This document shows, piece after piece, positions 37,616 to 46,764 of a DNA stretch of 64,000 bases. Numbering within the stretch: the stretch's first letter is position 1; every line of letters starts with the position of its first letter. The stretch is from the NCBI GenBank assembly GCA_044344465.1, contig JBIJCX010000004.1, forward strand, positions 4,804 through 68,803, given 5' to 3'. The position numbers and the translations under genes were made by a program. The notes under the pieces are model-generated. The model was not told the origin of the DNA. It made no database searches and saw only the letters and a program-made list of their open reading frames with translations. This DNA comes from Opitutaceae bacterium. GTDB lineage: Bacteria; Verrucomicrobiota; Verrucomicrobiia; Opitutales; Opitutaceae.

Positions 37616-39412
37616 TTAACGCACGCTGTGGATTGCCCGCACTGTCACGATCGACAGCCGACGCGAGGGCAGTTCGATTGCCACCTCGGTGCGTGGGCCG
37701 GTCACCTGAAAGGTCTGGCGCCGCGTTGGGGCTTCGAGCGTGCTCCCCGCCGCGGCGACAGTGATTTCGTACGTGCCCGGGCGCAGCAGCAGGAACTCTG
37801 CGGCGAGCGGGCGCGGTGCGGGGCCGAAGTGAAACAGCTCGGCGGCAAACGACGCGGACCCTGAATCGGTGACGAGCGCGGCGATGTCGCGCGGCGGGGT
37901 GCGCCAGCGCACGGCGTTCAACGGGAAAACCAGCGGCGTGCCGGGATCGCCGGTGGCACAGGCGTAGAGGATCTGCGGCGCCGGGGCGGGCGGCGCGGGC
38001 TCCGACAGGTGGCGGAGGAAATTGTTCGTGAAACTCATCACCCGATCGGTCCAGCGCATCTCGCTCGTGTAGCCCTCCCAGTTGGAGCGAAAGGCCTCGG
38101 CGTTCTGCTCCAGGCTGCGTCCGAGGGCACGCGTGTCTCCGCCAAGTCGATACTTCACGTACCCCGGCGCATCGGCGGCGAGCAGATCGTCGTGGCGCTT
38201 GTCCCCCGTCAGGAAGCGGTACTTGGCGAGCGTGTCGGCGAGGAATCCGTCCATCTGGCGGGCCGCCCACGCGGCCGAGCCCGGTTCCGCCTGGGCGCGC
38301 GAGCCGCGGTGTTCCCGCACGAGGGCGGCCATCGAGTGGATCGGCGCGAGGTATCGGTCGTCACGGGTCATGTGCCAGGCGAGCAGCAGCGTCGAGGTCA
38401 TGAGGCGGGTCGCGCCCGGCCAGTTGTAGAGGGCGTCGTTGTGGTTGAGCGGAAACGGCTCCCACCACGGGGCGCCGGGGGCACCCACGGTGCCGGCCGG
38501 CCAGGCGAGGGCGCTCGGGAGGACGCCGGCGGGCTTGCCGTTCTCGGCGCGTCCGGTGGCGTCGATCCAAACCTTGAGCCACTCGCCGAAGAGCGCGGTC
38601 AGCTTTGGATCGGCGGTGCGCTGCCAGTAGAGCAGCGTCGGTTGTACGATCGACGGATGGTAGACGGTGTCGAAGGCCCGGCGGGGAGTTTCGTCGACGC
38701 GGTCGACGCTGAAGTAGATCGACTTGAATTGGAGGAAGCCGCGCTGGTTGCGGCCGGTCCACTGCGACTGCATCAGCTCCGAAAGCCGCAGTGCGCGCTG
38801 CTGCCAGACGGGTTCACCGGGCCGCAGGTGCATCATTGGCAGGATGGTGTCGGTCGTGTCTTCGTTCGAGTGCTCGACATCGGTCAGGCGCGAGGTAAAG
38901 CCGGTGCGGAGGTGCGGCCGGGCAAAGATGCCGTTCGAGGTGCGCTCCTGCGCCGCGATAATCACGGGGTCTTCAAACGCGATCAGGACCGGCACCCACC
39001 AACGCCACATCTCCACGTCGTCGCCCCAACCGCCACCGAACTGTCCGTCGGGCAACTGGCGTTCGGCGATCCACCAGTGAACGATGTCGGCGAGTTTCTC
39101 GAGACCTTCGCGCTGGAGGTTGGCCCAGGTGGGGGCGGCGGCATCGGGGGCATGGCGGGCGGACCACGGGATGGGGTGTCCGAGGTACATGCGGATGACG
39201 CGGTTTGCGGGAAAGGCCCGGCCCGCCTCCTCCAGCAGGCGGCGCGCTTCGCCGTAATAGAGCTCGCGGCTCTCCTTCACGCGCAGGAGTGGTCCGCTTT
39301 GGATCACCCGCCAGATGAGCATGCGCCCGCGGTAAAGGGCCCAGAGTGGACGCAAGGGCGAGCCCTTGGAGGGCTCGGGCGGATACACGGCCGCCGCGCC
39401 GGCCGGTTGCAC
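37616..39412 (-). CDS. Hypothetical protein, possibly alpha/alpha-barrel glycan-active; probably 5'-truncated
   Basis: Coding-like codon usage, QLPDGQFGGGWGDDVE, DVEHSNED; no good start or signal peptide. Confidence 0.65.
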   Translation of the reverse strand: MQPAGAAAVYPPEPSKGSPLRPLWALYRGRMLIWRVIQSGPLLRVKESRELYYGEARRLLEEAGRAFPANRVIRMYLGHPIPWSARHAPDAAAPTWANLQREGLEKLADIVHWWIAERQLPDGQFGGGWGDDVEMWRWWVPVLIAFEDPVIIAAQERTSNGIFARPHLRTGFTSRLTDVEHSNEDTTDTILPMMHLRPGEPVWQQRALRLSELMQSQWTGRNQRGFLQFKSIYFSVDRVDETPRRAFDTVYHPSIVQPTLLYWQRTADPKLTALFGEWLKVWIDATGRAENGKPAGVLPSALAWPAGTVGAPGAPWWEPFPLNHNDALYNWPGATRLMTSTLLLAWHMTRDDRYLAPIHSMAALVREHRGSRAQAEPGSAAWAARQMDGFLADTLAKYRFLTGDKRHDDLLAADAPGYVKYRLGGDTRALGRSLEQNAEAFRSNWEGYTSEMRWTDRVMSFTNNFLRHLSEPAPPAPAPQILYACATGDPGTPLVFPLNAVRWRTPPRDIAALVTDSGSASFAAELFHFGPAPRPLAAEFLLLRPGTYEITVAAAGSTLEAPTRRQTFQVTGPRTEVAIELPSRRLSIVTVRAIHSVR

Positions 39413-39505
39413 GCGGCCGGTGATGAAGCGGCAGAGATAACCGTTCTCCGCGGCCCGCGAAGAACCGGCGGCCGGCTCGCGACCATCGGCGCAAGCGGCG
39501 GCCCT

Positions 39506-41023
39506 TCAATCGGTGTAGAGGTGCTTCGAGGGGAACTCGGGGTCGCTCGTCACGATGAGGCCGAGCTTGCGCAGGCCGGCGGCGTCGCCGGGGGTCGGGA
39601 GGTGCGTGAGGTGCATGTCGCACCCGCTGAGTTCCTTCAACTTCTCGATCGCGGTGTCCGCCGCCGGATTCATCGCGGCGGAGATGCTCAGGGCAATCAG
39701 CGTCTCCTCGACGTCGAGGCTCATCATGTTGCCCTTGAGCACATCCTTCTTGAAGTGCGTGAGCGACGCGGTGACGAGCGGTGGCAGCAGGTGGATGGTG
39801 GACGGAATGTTGGCGAGGGCCTTGACGGCGTTGAGCACGAGGCTGGAGGCGGCGTGCATCTGCGGGGAATTCTTGCCGGTGACGATGCGACCGTCGGGCA
39901 ACTGGAGCGCGGCGCCACAGCAGACGCCGTCGGCGCCCTTGCCCTGGGCCTGGGCCTCGGCGGCGGCGGCGTGGGCGGGCGCCACCACGGCCCGGTCGTG
40001 CCCGGCCAGGCCGAGGCTCTTCATGATCAGCTCGGCGCGCTGCACGGTGTCCTTCTCGACCAGCCCCATCGCATATTCGCAGGCGTAGTTATAGTAGCGG
40101 CGGATGATCTCCTGGGCGGCGGCGGCGCGGCAGACGGCATCGTCCACAATGCCGAAGCCGGCGCGGTTGACGCCCATGTCGGTGGGCGATTTGTAGAACG
40201 ACGGCTCGCCGGTGACGCGCTCGATGATCCGGCGGAGCAGGGGAAAAGCTTCGAGGTCGCGGTTGTAGTTGACCGCGGCCTGACCATAGGCCTCGAGGTG
40301 GAAATGGTCGATCAGATTGGCGTCCTTCAACTCCGCGGTCGCCGCCTCGTAGGCGACGTTGACCTCGTGTTTGAGCGGGAGATTCCAGATGGGAAACGTC
40401 TCGAACTTGGCGAACCGCACCGGCTGGCCGCGCCGGTGTTCGTGATAGAGCTGGCTCAGGCACGTCGCCAGTTTGCCGCTTCCGGGGCCCGGACCGGTGA
40501 CGACCACGATGGGCCGCTCGGTTTCGATCCAGGGATTGGCGCCGTAGCCCTCCTCGCTGACGATGGTGTCGACGTCGGTCGGATAGCCCTTCGTCGCGCG
40601 GTGCGTGTAGACGTGGATCCCGCGGCGTTCGAGGCGGTTCTTGAAGGCGGACGCGGCCGGCTGGTGGTCGAAACGGGTGATGACCACGGCCCGCACGGTG
40701 ACGCCCCGCTCGCGGAGATCGTCGATGGTCTTGAGCGCGTCGGTGTCGTAGGGAATGCCAAAGTCCGCGCGCATCTTCTTCTTTTCGATGTCGCCGGCGA
40801 AAATGCAGAGGATCACCTCGACCTGGTCCTTGAGCCGTTGCAGCAGCTGGATCTTCACGTTGGGGTGAAAGCCGGGCAGCACGCGGGCGGCATGGTAGTC
40901 GAAGAGCAGCTTGCCGCCAAACTCGAGGTAGAGTTTGCCGTGGGAGCCCTTGACGCGTTCGAGGATGGCAGCGCTTTGCTGCTCCAGATACTGAGCGTTG
41001 TCGAAGCCGATGCGTCCGGTCAT
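39506..41023 (-). CDS. DUF1846 (UPF0371) P-loop protein
   Basis: IGFDNAQYLEQQS, KLYLEFGGKL, GPGPGSGKLATCLSQ, AKFETFPIWNLPL, SPTDMGVN. Confidence 0.88.
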   Translation of the reverse strand: MTGRIGFDNAQYLEQQSAAILERVKGSHGKLYLEFGGKLLFDYHAARVLPGFHPNVKIQLLQRLKDQVEVILCIFAGDIEKKKMRADFGIPYDTDALKTIDDLRERGVTVRAVVITRFDHQPAASAFKNRLERRGIHVYTHRATKGYPTDVDTIVSEEGYGANPWIETERPIVVVTGPGPGSGKLATCLSQLYHEHRRGQPVRFAKFETFPIWNLPLKHEVNVAYEAATAELKDANLIDHFHLEAYGQAAVNYNRDLEAFPLLRRIIERVTGEPSFYKSPTDMGVNRAGFGIVDDAVCRAAAAQEIIRRYYNYACEYAMGLVEKDTVQRAELIMKSLGLAGHDRAVVAPAHAAAAEAQAQGKGADGVCCGAALQLPDGRIVTGKNSPQMHAASSLVLNAVKALANIPSTIHLLPPLVTASLTHFKKDVLKGNMMSLDVEETLIALSISAAMNPAADTAIEKLKELSGCDMHLTHLPTPGDAAGLRKLGLIVTSDPEFPSKHLYTD

Positions 41024-41168
41024 GGCGAGATGTTGGAGTGCAGGCAGAAGGCAGGCAAACCCGCCGGCGAAAGCCGGTTCACCTCTCGCGTCACCGCGGC
41101 GGTCGGCCCGGCCAGGGGCGATTTCAAGGCGCCAGGCGCGGGCGTTGCCGCATGACCCCGCCCGCGGA

Positions 41169-42767
41169 TCACTTGATTAGCGCCGCCAACTGGGCGCGGG
41201 CTGCCGTGTACGCCTGTGGATTCGTTTCCCAGTCGCGAAACGAACGGACCAGCCTGGTCACAATCGCGTCGACCTCGGCCTTTTTGCCGCGTTTTGCCGC
41301 CAGGCTCATGTATTCGAAATCCTCGATCGCTTCGCGCACCAGCTTCAGCCGGATGGACGGGACTGGTCCCTTGATCCCGGCCTCGGCGCCCGGATAGAGG
41401 AGCATGCCTTCACCCCAGAACATTTCCCGGAAATGCGGTTTGTTCCAAACGTCCTCGTAATTCCAGTGGACACTCGACCAATACAGGAAGCCTTCGATGC
41501 CATAGTGCCAACTGATCCAAAACGGTGCGCGGTGATGGACGGGCGCGTAGTCCACCTCCCAGTAAGGCGCCTTGCCCTGCACCAGGGCCGTGTAACTCCA
41601 CAATTTCTCGCCCAGCGCCTGGCGTTCCCGGGCCGTCTTTTCATCCCAAATGCCCCAGAGCGGGCACCAGATGTCCACCGCCCCGTAAAGGTCGCCCCAC
41701 TCGGGCTTCGACGGGAGCGTCTGCTCGGTGACCATCCGCCTGATGCCCGGGTCGGCCGCTTTGATCATCGCGCCCTGCTGGCGCACGAGCTCATAGGCGG
41801 CGGCATCGTTGGGCTCGTCCTTCATATAGACATAGGCGAGATCCAGCCAGCCGTTGCGGCGCAGATAATCGGCGTGGGCGCGCAGCTGTCGTTTGCACTT
41901 TTCCGGATCGTTCGTGTCCGTAAACGGCATGCGCAGCGCGTTGACGTGCTTCTTTTCGATCAAGTTGCGCAGCCGGGGTCCGGTGCGGCTGTCATCCACC
42001 GTTCCATCCGGGAGAATCGTGGGCCAGATGTTGCCGAGTGAGCCGGGAACCGCGCGGTGGGCGAGCAGGGTGTCGATATAGAGATCTTCCAGCTCCGCGA
42101 GTTCGGCGCTGTTTGGCTCCAGCTTGTGCCGCTTGGCGATGCCCTGGATGTTTCCAAAATTGGATCGCAGCGCGAACTCATCCGGCAACTGGAACGGCCA
42201 CACGGTGAGGCGGACGGGAATCTCCGCCAGCTTCCCAGACGCGGTCGCGATGGTGATCCGTCCGGTGTAGTCTCCGCGGGCGGTGCCCTTCGGAACGTAA
42301 ATGTCGATCCAGTAGCCCTGGTTGGTGTTGGCCTCGATCGTGGTGGGAGCGGCCTGGTACTTCGCGCCTTGAGGTTTCGCCCCGGTCACCGGATCGACAA
42401 ATGGAATGAGGGCGTCGGGATACCATCCGGTCGGCGCGGTGGAGCGCCGGCTCGGGGTGAAGATGTGGAGATAGTGCTCGCGATAGAGGGTAAGATGTCG
42501 GGACGGAATCTCTCCCCCCGGCCCGCGCAGCGCCGATGCGGTCACGACTACGCCCGCCAGGGGCGTGTCGCCCGCGCGAACGATCACCCGACAGCTTTCA
42601 TACTCATTGGCGCCCGCCTGAAGGGCGATGGCTCGGTCGGACCCCGGTTCCGAAGATTTCAACACGTGGTCCCAGGGCGAAGCGACCCAGACCACTTGCG
42701 CTGCCACGGGAGCGGCCGCAAACGGAAGCATGGCGAAGAGCAGGGAACCATATTTGTAAGCATTCAT
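41169..42767 (-). CDS. Secreted DUF4091/GH123-like glycoside hydrolase
   Basis: Signal peptide, GANEYES, PDALIP, YMKDEP, GFLYW, SIRLKLVREAIEDFEY. Confidence 0.75.
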   Translation of the reverse strand: MNAYKYGSLLFAMLPFAAAPVAAQVVWVASPWDHVLKSSEPGSDRAIALQAGANEYESCRVIVRAGDTPLAGVVVTASALRGPGGEIPSRHLTLYREHYLHIFTPSRRSTAPTGWYPDALIPFVDPVTGAKPQGAKYQAAPTTIEANTNQGYWIDIYVPKGTARGDYTGRITIATASGKLAEIPVRLTVWPFQLPDEFALRSNFGNIQGIAKRHKLEPNSAELAELEDLYIDTLLAHRAVPGSLGNIWPTILPDGTVDDSRTGPRLRNLIEKKHVNALRMPFTDTNDPEKCKRQLRAHADYLRRNGWLDLAYVYMKDEPNDAAAYELVRQQGAMIKAADPGIRRMVTEQTLPSKPEWGDLYGAVDIWCPLWGIWDEKTARERQALGEKLWSYTALVQGKAPYWEVDYAPVHHRAPFWISWHYGIEGFLYWSSVHWNYEDVWNKPHFREMFWGEGMLLYPGAEAGIKGPVPSIRLKLVREAIEDFEYMSLAAKRGKKAEVDAIVTRLVRSFRDWETNPQAYTAARAQLAALIK

Positions 42768-42943
42768 GGGATTCGGGCTGGAGTCGCGTGCTGCAGATCG
42801 GACGAGAGCTCTCAACCAGCGCCGGCCGCGCGAAACTGTCAACGCTTCGCAGTTGACGATCGGGATCGGCGGACGTTTCTGATGGTCGACTCTTTGTCGA
42901 CGCCATGATTACACCAGCCGGCCGGCGCCTCAGGCGACCGCAT

Positions 42944-44449
42944 ATGAAAGCAAACATTCGGCCCGTGGTCCGCCGCGGTTCGCGGGGATTGAAGGCCCTT
43001 GGGGTCGGATTGATTTGTGGCCTGCTTGGCCTGGCGGATGGCCGGGCCCGCGACGCGGCGGCACCCACGGTGCGCGATCTTGCCGTCACGATCATCAATC
43101 AAACCAAGCCGCTCGCTTTTCCGCGGGGGCATCGTCTGCCGGTGATCGTCTGGCCGCTCCAGGGCCTCAGGACGGAAACCGACGCCGAACTCGAAGGGCT
43201 GCTGCGCCAACTGGATCAGCGCGGCCTCGCCGCTTTGGCGGCGTGGGATTACAGGAACAAGGAGGCGAGCCTGGCGGCCGCGCTGAAGCTGGCGGCGGTG
43301 CAGCGGAAGCTGGGGCTCGAGGTCGTCGTCAACTCGACGGGGGTGATGGTGCAGTTCTTCAACGGGGACGAAAGCACGGCGCACGTGGATGCCGACGGGC
43401 AGCCCTTTTTTGACGGATCGTTTTCGAAGAAGATCAAGATGGGCTGTCCCTTCACACTGGACCAACGCATTCCGGCCATCCGCGAGCAGGTCGCGTATTT
43501 TGTGCGCGGTTACAAGGAGCAGGGGCTGCCCTTGCAACTGGTGATCGGCGATTGGGAGATCGACGGGCCCATCGAATGGAATGACGCGTACAACGCGTCC
43601 CGGAAATGCCGGCGCTGCCGGGAAAACATCAAGGCGATCGATCGTTTTGCCGACTTCCAGGCCGCGCTGCGCCGGATTCGCGCCGACCTGCAGAAATCCA
43701 CCTACGCGGATGTGGTGCGGCAGGCGTTCCCGGGGGTCCTGGTGGGGAATTATGGCGTGTATCCGAACGATGGGTATCGCTACTGGTACGATTACTTCGA
43801 GCAGGAAGTGACCGCTCCGCCCTACCAGGCGGATCAGCGGGCGCGCTACCGGCCCTGGTTCCAGGAGTTTCCGCTGACCGGTTACACCTTCGCGATGCCG
43901 GTCGTGTATACCTGGTACCCGACCTTCCACTGGTACGATTTCGAGAACACGGATTACCGTTGGTTCTACAACATGCTCCTGGTCGGGACGGGCGCGGCCC
44001 GCAGCACGCCGGCGACGATTCCGCTCATCACTTTTGTGCACTGGCAGACAACGGCGCCGCCGCCGAATGCCGATCCGAAGGTGAAGCAGTTCAGCGCGGA
44101 GAAATATCAGGAGCTGCTGTGGCACCTGCTGCTGCGCGGGCACGATGCCCTGGCCATGTGGTGCGAGCGTGCCCAGGTCGGCCAGGAAACACGGCTGGTG
44201 CAGGAGGTGTATGCCGCCGCCTTGGAGTACCGGGAGTTCCTGGATCGCGGCCGGCCGGCGAGCTTCGCGGTGCCGACGCAGCCCGGTCCGGTGGTCTCGG
44301 GTCTCGTGCTGGACCGGCGGGTGCTGGTGCGACGCACGGACTTCGACGCCACCCAGGCGCCCGTAACGCTGACAATCGAGGGTCGCCCGCTCGCGGTGCC
44401 GCGACGGGACGGCCGGTGTCAGATTCTCACCCTGGACGATCGACCGTGA
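42944..44449 (+). CDS. Secreted hypothetical protein, possible TIM-barrel glycoside hydrolase
   Basis: Long ORF, hydrophobic N-terminus, DWEIDGP, CxxC, aromatic-rich. Confidence 0.65.
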   Translation: MKANIRPVVRRGSRGLKALGVGLICGLLGLADGRARDAAAPTVRDLAVTIINQTKPLAFPRGHRLPVIVWPLQGLRTETDAELEGLLRQLDQRGLAALAAWDYRNKEASLAAALKLAAVQRKLGLEVVVNSTGVMVQFFNGDESTAHVDADGQPFFDGSFSKKIKMGCPFTLDQRIPAIREQVAYFVRGYKEQGLPLQLVIGDWEIDGPIEWNDAYNASRKCRRCRENIKAIDRFADFQAALRRIRADLQKSTYADVVRQAFPGVLVGNYGVYPNDGYRYWYDYFEQEVTAPPYQADQRARYRPWFQEFPLTGYTFAMPVVYTWYPTFHWYDFENTDYRWFYNMLLVGTGAARSTPATIPLITFVHWQTTAPPPNADPKVKQFSAEKYQELLWHLLLRGHDALAMWCERAQVGQETRLVQEVYAAALEYREFLDRGRPASFAVPTQPGPVVSGLVLDRRVLVRRTDFDATQAPVTLTIEGRPLAVPRRDGRCQILTLDDRP

Positions 44450-44467
44450 GGGTGGGCGGGTCGAAGG

Positions 44468-44542
44468 GTAGCCCGGCGCGTGAGCGCAGGGACCGAACGG
44501 GGGAACCGCGCCGCTTGTCCCGCCGTTCACGCGACGGGCTGC
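44468..44542. repeat. GTAG REP doublet family A, degenerate copy
   Basis: GTAGcccggcgcgtgagcgcagggac ... gtcccgccgttcacgcgacgggctgc. Confidence 0.75.
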
Positions 44543-44593
44543 AGTGCCACCACGAGCCGGCTGAACTCTGACGCTGGGAACCGACCCGGCGTC

Positions 44594-46048
44594 TCACGCC
44601 CGCAGGTTGCCGTCGGCGTCGAACGCCAGGTCCGCCGCGCGGCCCACGACCTTGGTGCGGGGGTTGCCCCTTGCTTCGGCGACCAGGTTTTCTGAAATCA
44701 ACATGCGATCGACCGACAGGGTGTTCTTGATCCGGGCCAGGCGCACCTGGCGCGGATCGCCGATCTGGCAGGTCTTGATTGCGGCCTGGATGGCCTGGCG
44801 ATCGTTGCGCATGACCATGGGGATCTTGCCCGCCGCAACGGTCGTGGAGGTCAGGAGATTGCAGTAGGTTTCGATCAGGTTGAACTGGCGGAAGACCCGT
44901 TCGGTGGTGAAGTCGGCGATGCCGAGGCCGGTGCCGTTGCCGTCGGAGACCGCCGTAATATCCAAGACAGCAATACGGGTGATGCGTGGATCCCGGGGCG
45001 TGAGGGCCACATCCGCCGTGGGATAGCGGCCGACGACATTGGGGTCGAAGCCCGTGCCGGAGATGTTCTTGCCCACCTCGTCGATGATGAGGACGTCCAA
45101 CGGGCTGATTGGCACCCTGGGCATCAGGTTACGGGCCTCGGCCAGCAACGCCGGTTCCCGGGCCATGATTTCCGCGGCCGGCACCACCTCGACGCGACTG
45201 GTCTCGTGATAGGCGTTTTCGATGAGGCCCACGCCGAAGAGGATTTTCCCGGTGGCCAGCGTGGTGCGGCCCAGCGCGAGGAGGTTTTGCTCCATCCGAC
45301 CGTAGCCCAGGTTGTGGCAGGTCTCCGCGCCTTTTTGCTTCCCCACGCCGATGACGATCATCTTGACCAGGCCGCTCTCGATTGTGCCACGGAAGGTCGT
45401 GTGCGGCTTGATCCGGTTCACGACGATGATGCCATCGGCCTGGGCCGCAATGGCGTCGACATAGGCGGGCAGACCATCGGGGGTCGAGCCCACCTGCACG
45501 ACGTCCATCGTCGCCCGGATGGGAACTCCCATCGACTTTTCGGTGAAACCCATGCGCTCCAGCACGGCCCGCTGGCCGGCGGGCGTGGCGCCGCCGTGAC
45601 TGCCCATCGCGGGAAAGATGAAGGGCTCGGCCCCCGCCTGCTTCAATTCTTCGATGAGCGTGCGGGTGACCAAGGTCAGGTTGGTGATGCCGCGGCTCCC
45701 CGCGCCGATGGCCAGTTTCATGCCGGGACGAATGGCGTCGAGGACGCGGGAGGCGCGGAGTTTCGCCCGGAACGACTGGGCGACATCGGCGAGTACGGGT
45801 CGTTCGAAGGTTGTTTCGATGGCCACGAGACGGGGCAGGGGAATGCCCTTCAAAATGGCATCGATCGGCGAATTCGCGGGGTTGGCGAAATTCGGGGGCA
45901 GCGACGAAGCGGGTGGATTTGCCCCGGTCGCGGTGTGGGTCGCGGCGAAGGCCGGGCCGGCCTTGCCGAGTGCGACCACGACACCGGTTGCGGCGGCGCT
46001 CGCAATAAAGGTTCTCCGACTGGACCGGGGTCGAAAGCGCGAAGGCAT
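44594..46048 (-). CDS. Lactate racemase (LarA)-like DUF2088/DUF362 protein with Tat signal
   Basis: SRRTFIASAAA Tat motif; AGSRGI, PAMGSHGGAT, NRIKPHT, GKNISGTGFDPNVVGR. Confidence 0.75.
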   Translation of the reverse strand: MPSRFRPRSSRRTFIASAAATGVVVALGKAGPAFAATHTATGANPPASSLPPNFANPANSPIDAILKGIPLPRLVAIETTFERPVLADVAQSFRAKLRASRVLDAIRPGMKLAIGAGSRGITNLTLVTRTLIEELKQAGAEPFIFPAMGSHGGATPAGQRAVLERMGFTEKSMGVPIRATMDVVQVGSTPDGLPAYVDAIAAQADGIIVVNRIKPHTTFRGTIESGLVKMIVIGVGKQKGAETCHNLGYGRMEQNLLALGRTTLATGKILFGVGLIENAYHETSRVEVVPAAEIMAREPALLAEARNLMPRVPISPLDVLIIDEVGKNISGTGFDPNVVGRYPTADVALTPRDPRITRIAVLDITAVSDGNGTGLGIADFTTERVFRQFNLIETYCNLLTSTTVAAGKIPMVMRNDRQAIQAAIKTCQIGDPRQVRLARIKNTLSVDRMLISENLVAEARGNPRTKVVGRAADLAFDADGNLRA

Positions 46049-46129
46049 AGGGGAGGAAATTTGCCGGGCGGGAGATCTTTCCCGTCGGAAGCAATCTGCA
46101 ACCCAATCGAGCGTCGGTTCAAGCGCGAT

Positions 46130-46335
46130 TCACCGGTGCCGGCCGTGGCGGATGATATCCCAGATCACATAATAACCGAGCAGCGCCGACAGCAGGTAAC
46201 CAATGATCCCAAGGGCCGGGTAACCGGGGAGATGCGGCTGGATGCCCGTGGTGACGATGAGCGACGAGCCGATGATCAGGGAGCCGATGATCACGCCCAG
46301 CGGACCGCATGGTGCAGCCCGTTGAACGCTTTCAC
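46130..46335 (-). pseudogene. Internally deleted ABC1/UbiB-family kinase gene
   Basis: GTG start overlapping the phasin stop gives MKAFNGLHHAVR, then out of frame LGVIIGSLIIGSSLIV...GIIGYLLSALLGYYVIWDIIRHGRHR*, resembling the UbiB-like two-TM C-terminus. Confidence 0.65.
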
Positions 46336-46655
46336 GCGTCCGGCTTGTCCTGGGTTTTCGGCTTCAGTTCCGCGCCCTCGAGCGCCGCGACCCGGGCTTC
46401 GAGCGCGGCGATGCGCTCGCGGGTTTCGCGATCCTGCCGGGCGAAGAACTCCTTCAATTTCTCGCTAAGTTCCCCGCTCATCGTTTCAAATTCGCGCCGT
46501 CCGTCCGTCGCGATTTTTTCCGCCATGACACGCGCTTCGTGGGAGCTCACCTTGCCCTGCTTGACGAAATCCTCGAGCGCGGACTCGACCTTGTCCTTGG
46601 TGATGACTGCGGCGCCGACCCCGGCGAGCAGTGTTTTCTTGATGAGATCAATCAT
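46332..46655 (-). CDS. Phasin-like coiled-coil protein
   Basis: MIDLIKKTLLAGVGA..TKDKVE...VKQGKV, RIAALEARVAALE. Confidence 0.75.
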   Translation of the reverse strand: MIDLIKKTLLAGVGAAVITKDKVESALEDFVKQGKVSSHEARVMAEKIATDGRREFETMSGELSEKLKEFFARQDRETRERIAALEARVAALEGAELKPKTQDKPDA

Positions 46656-46764
46656 AGCGAGAGTGAGTCTGGGTTCGGATGGTCATGGAATCAACGCCTG
46701 ACGGCATCGGACTTTGACGCCGCCGCAGTCGGCCGACTATTTGTCTGCCTCACCCACGCCCCCC

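Noticed and set aside
32120-41155. Very long opposite-strand ORFs (e.g. 32120-34807, 38009-41155; likewise 13035-15575, 46750-48939, 52835-54979)
   Set aside because: Shadow ORFs antisense to well-supported genes in GC-rich DNA; no recognisable motifs
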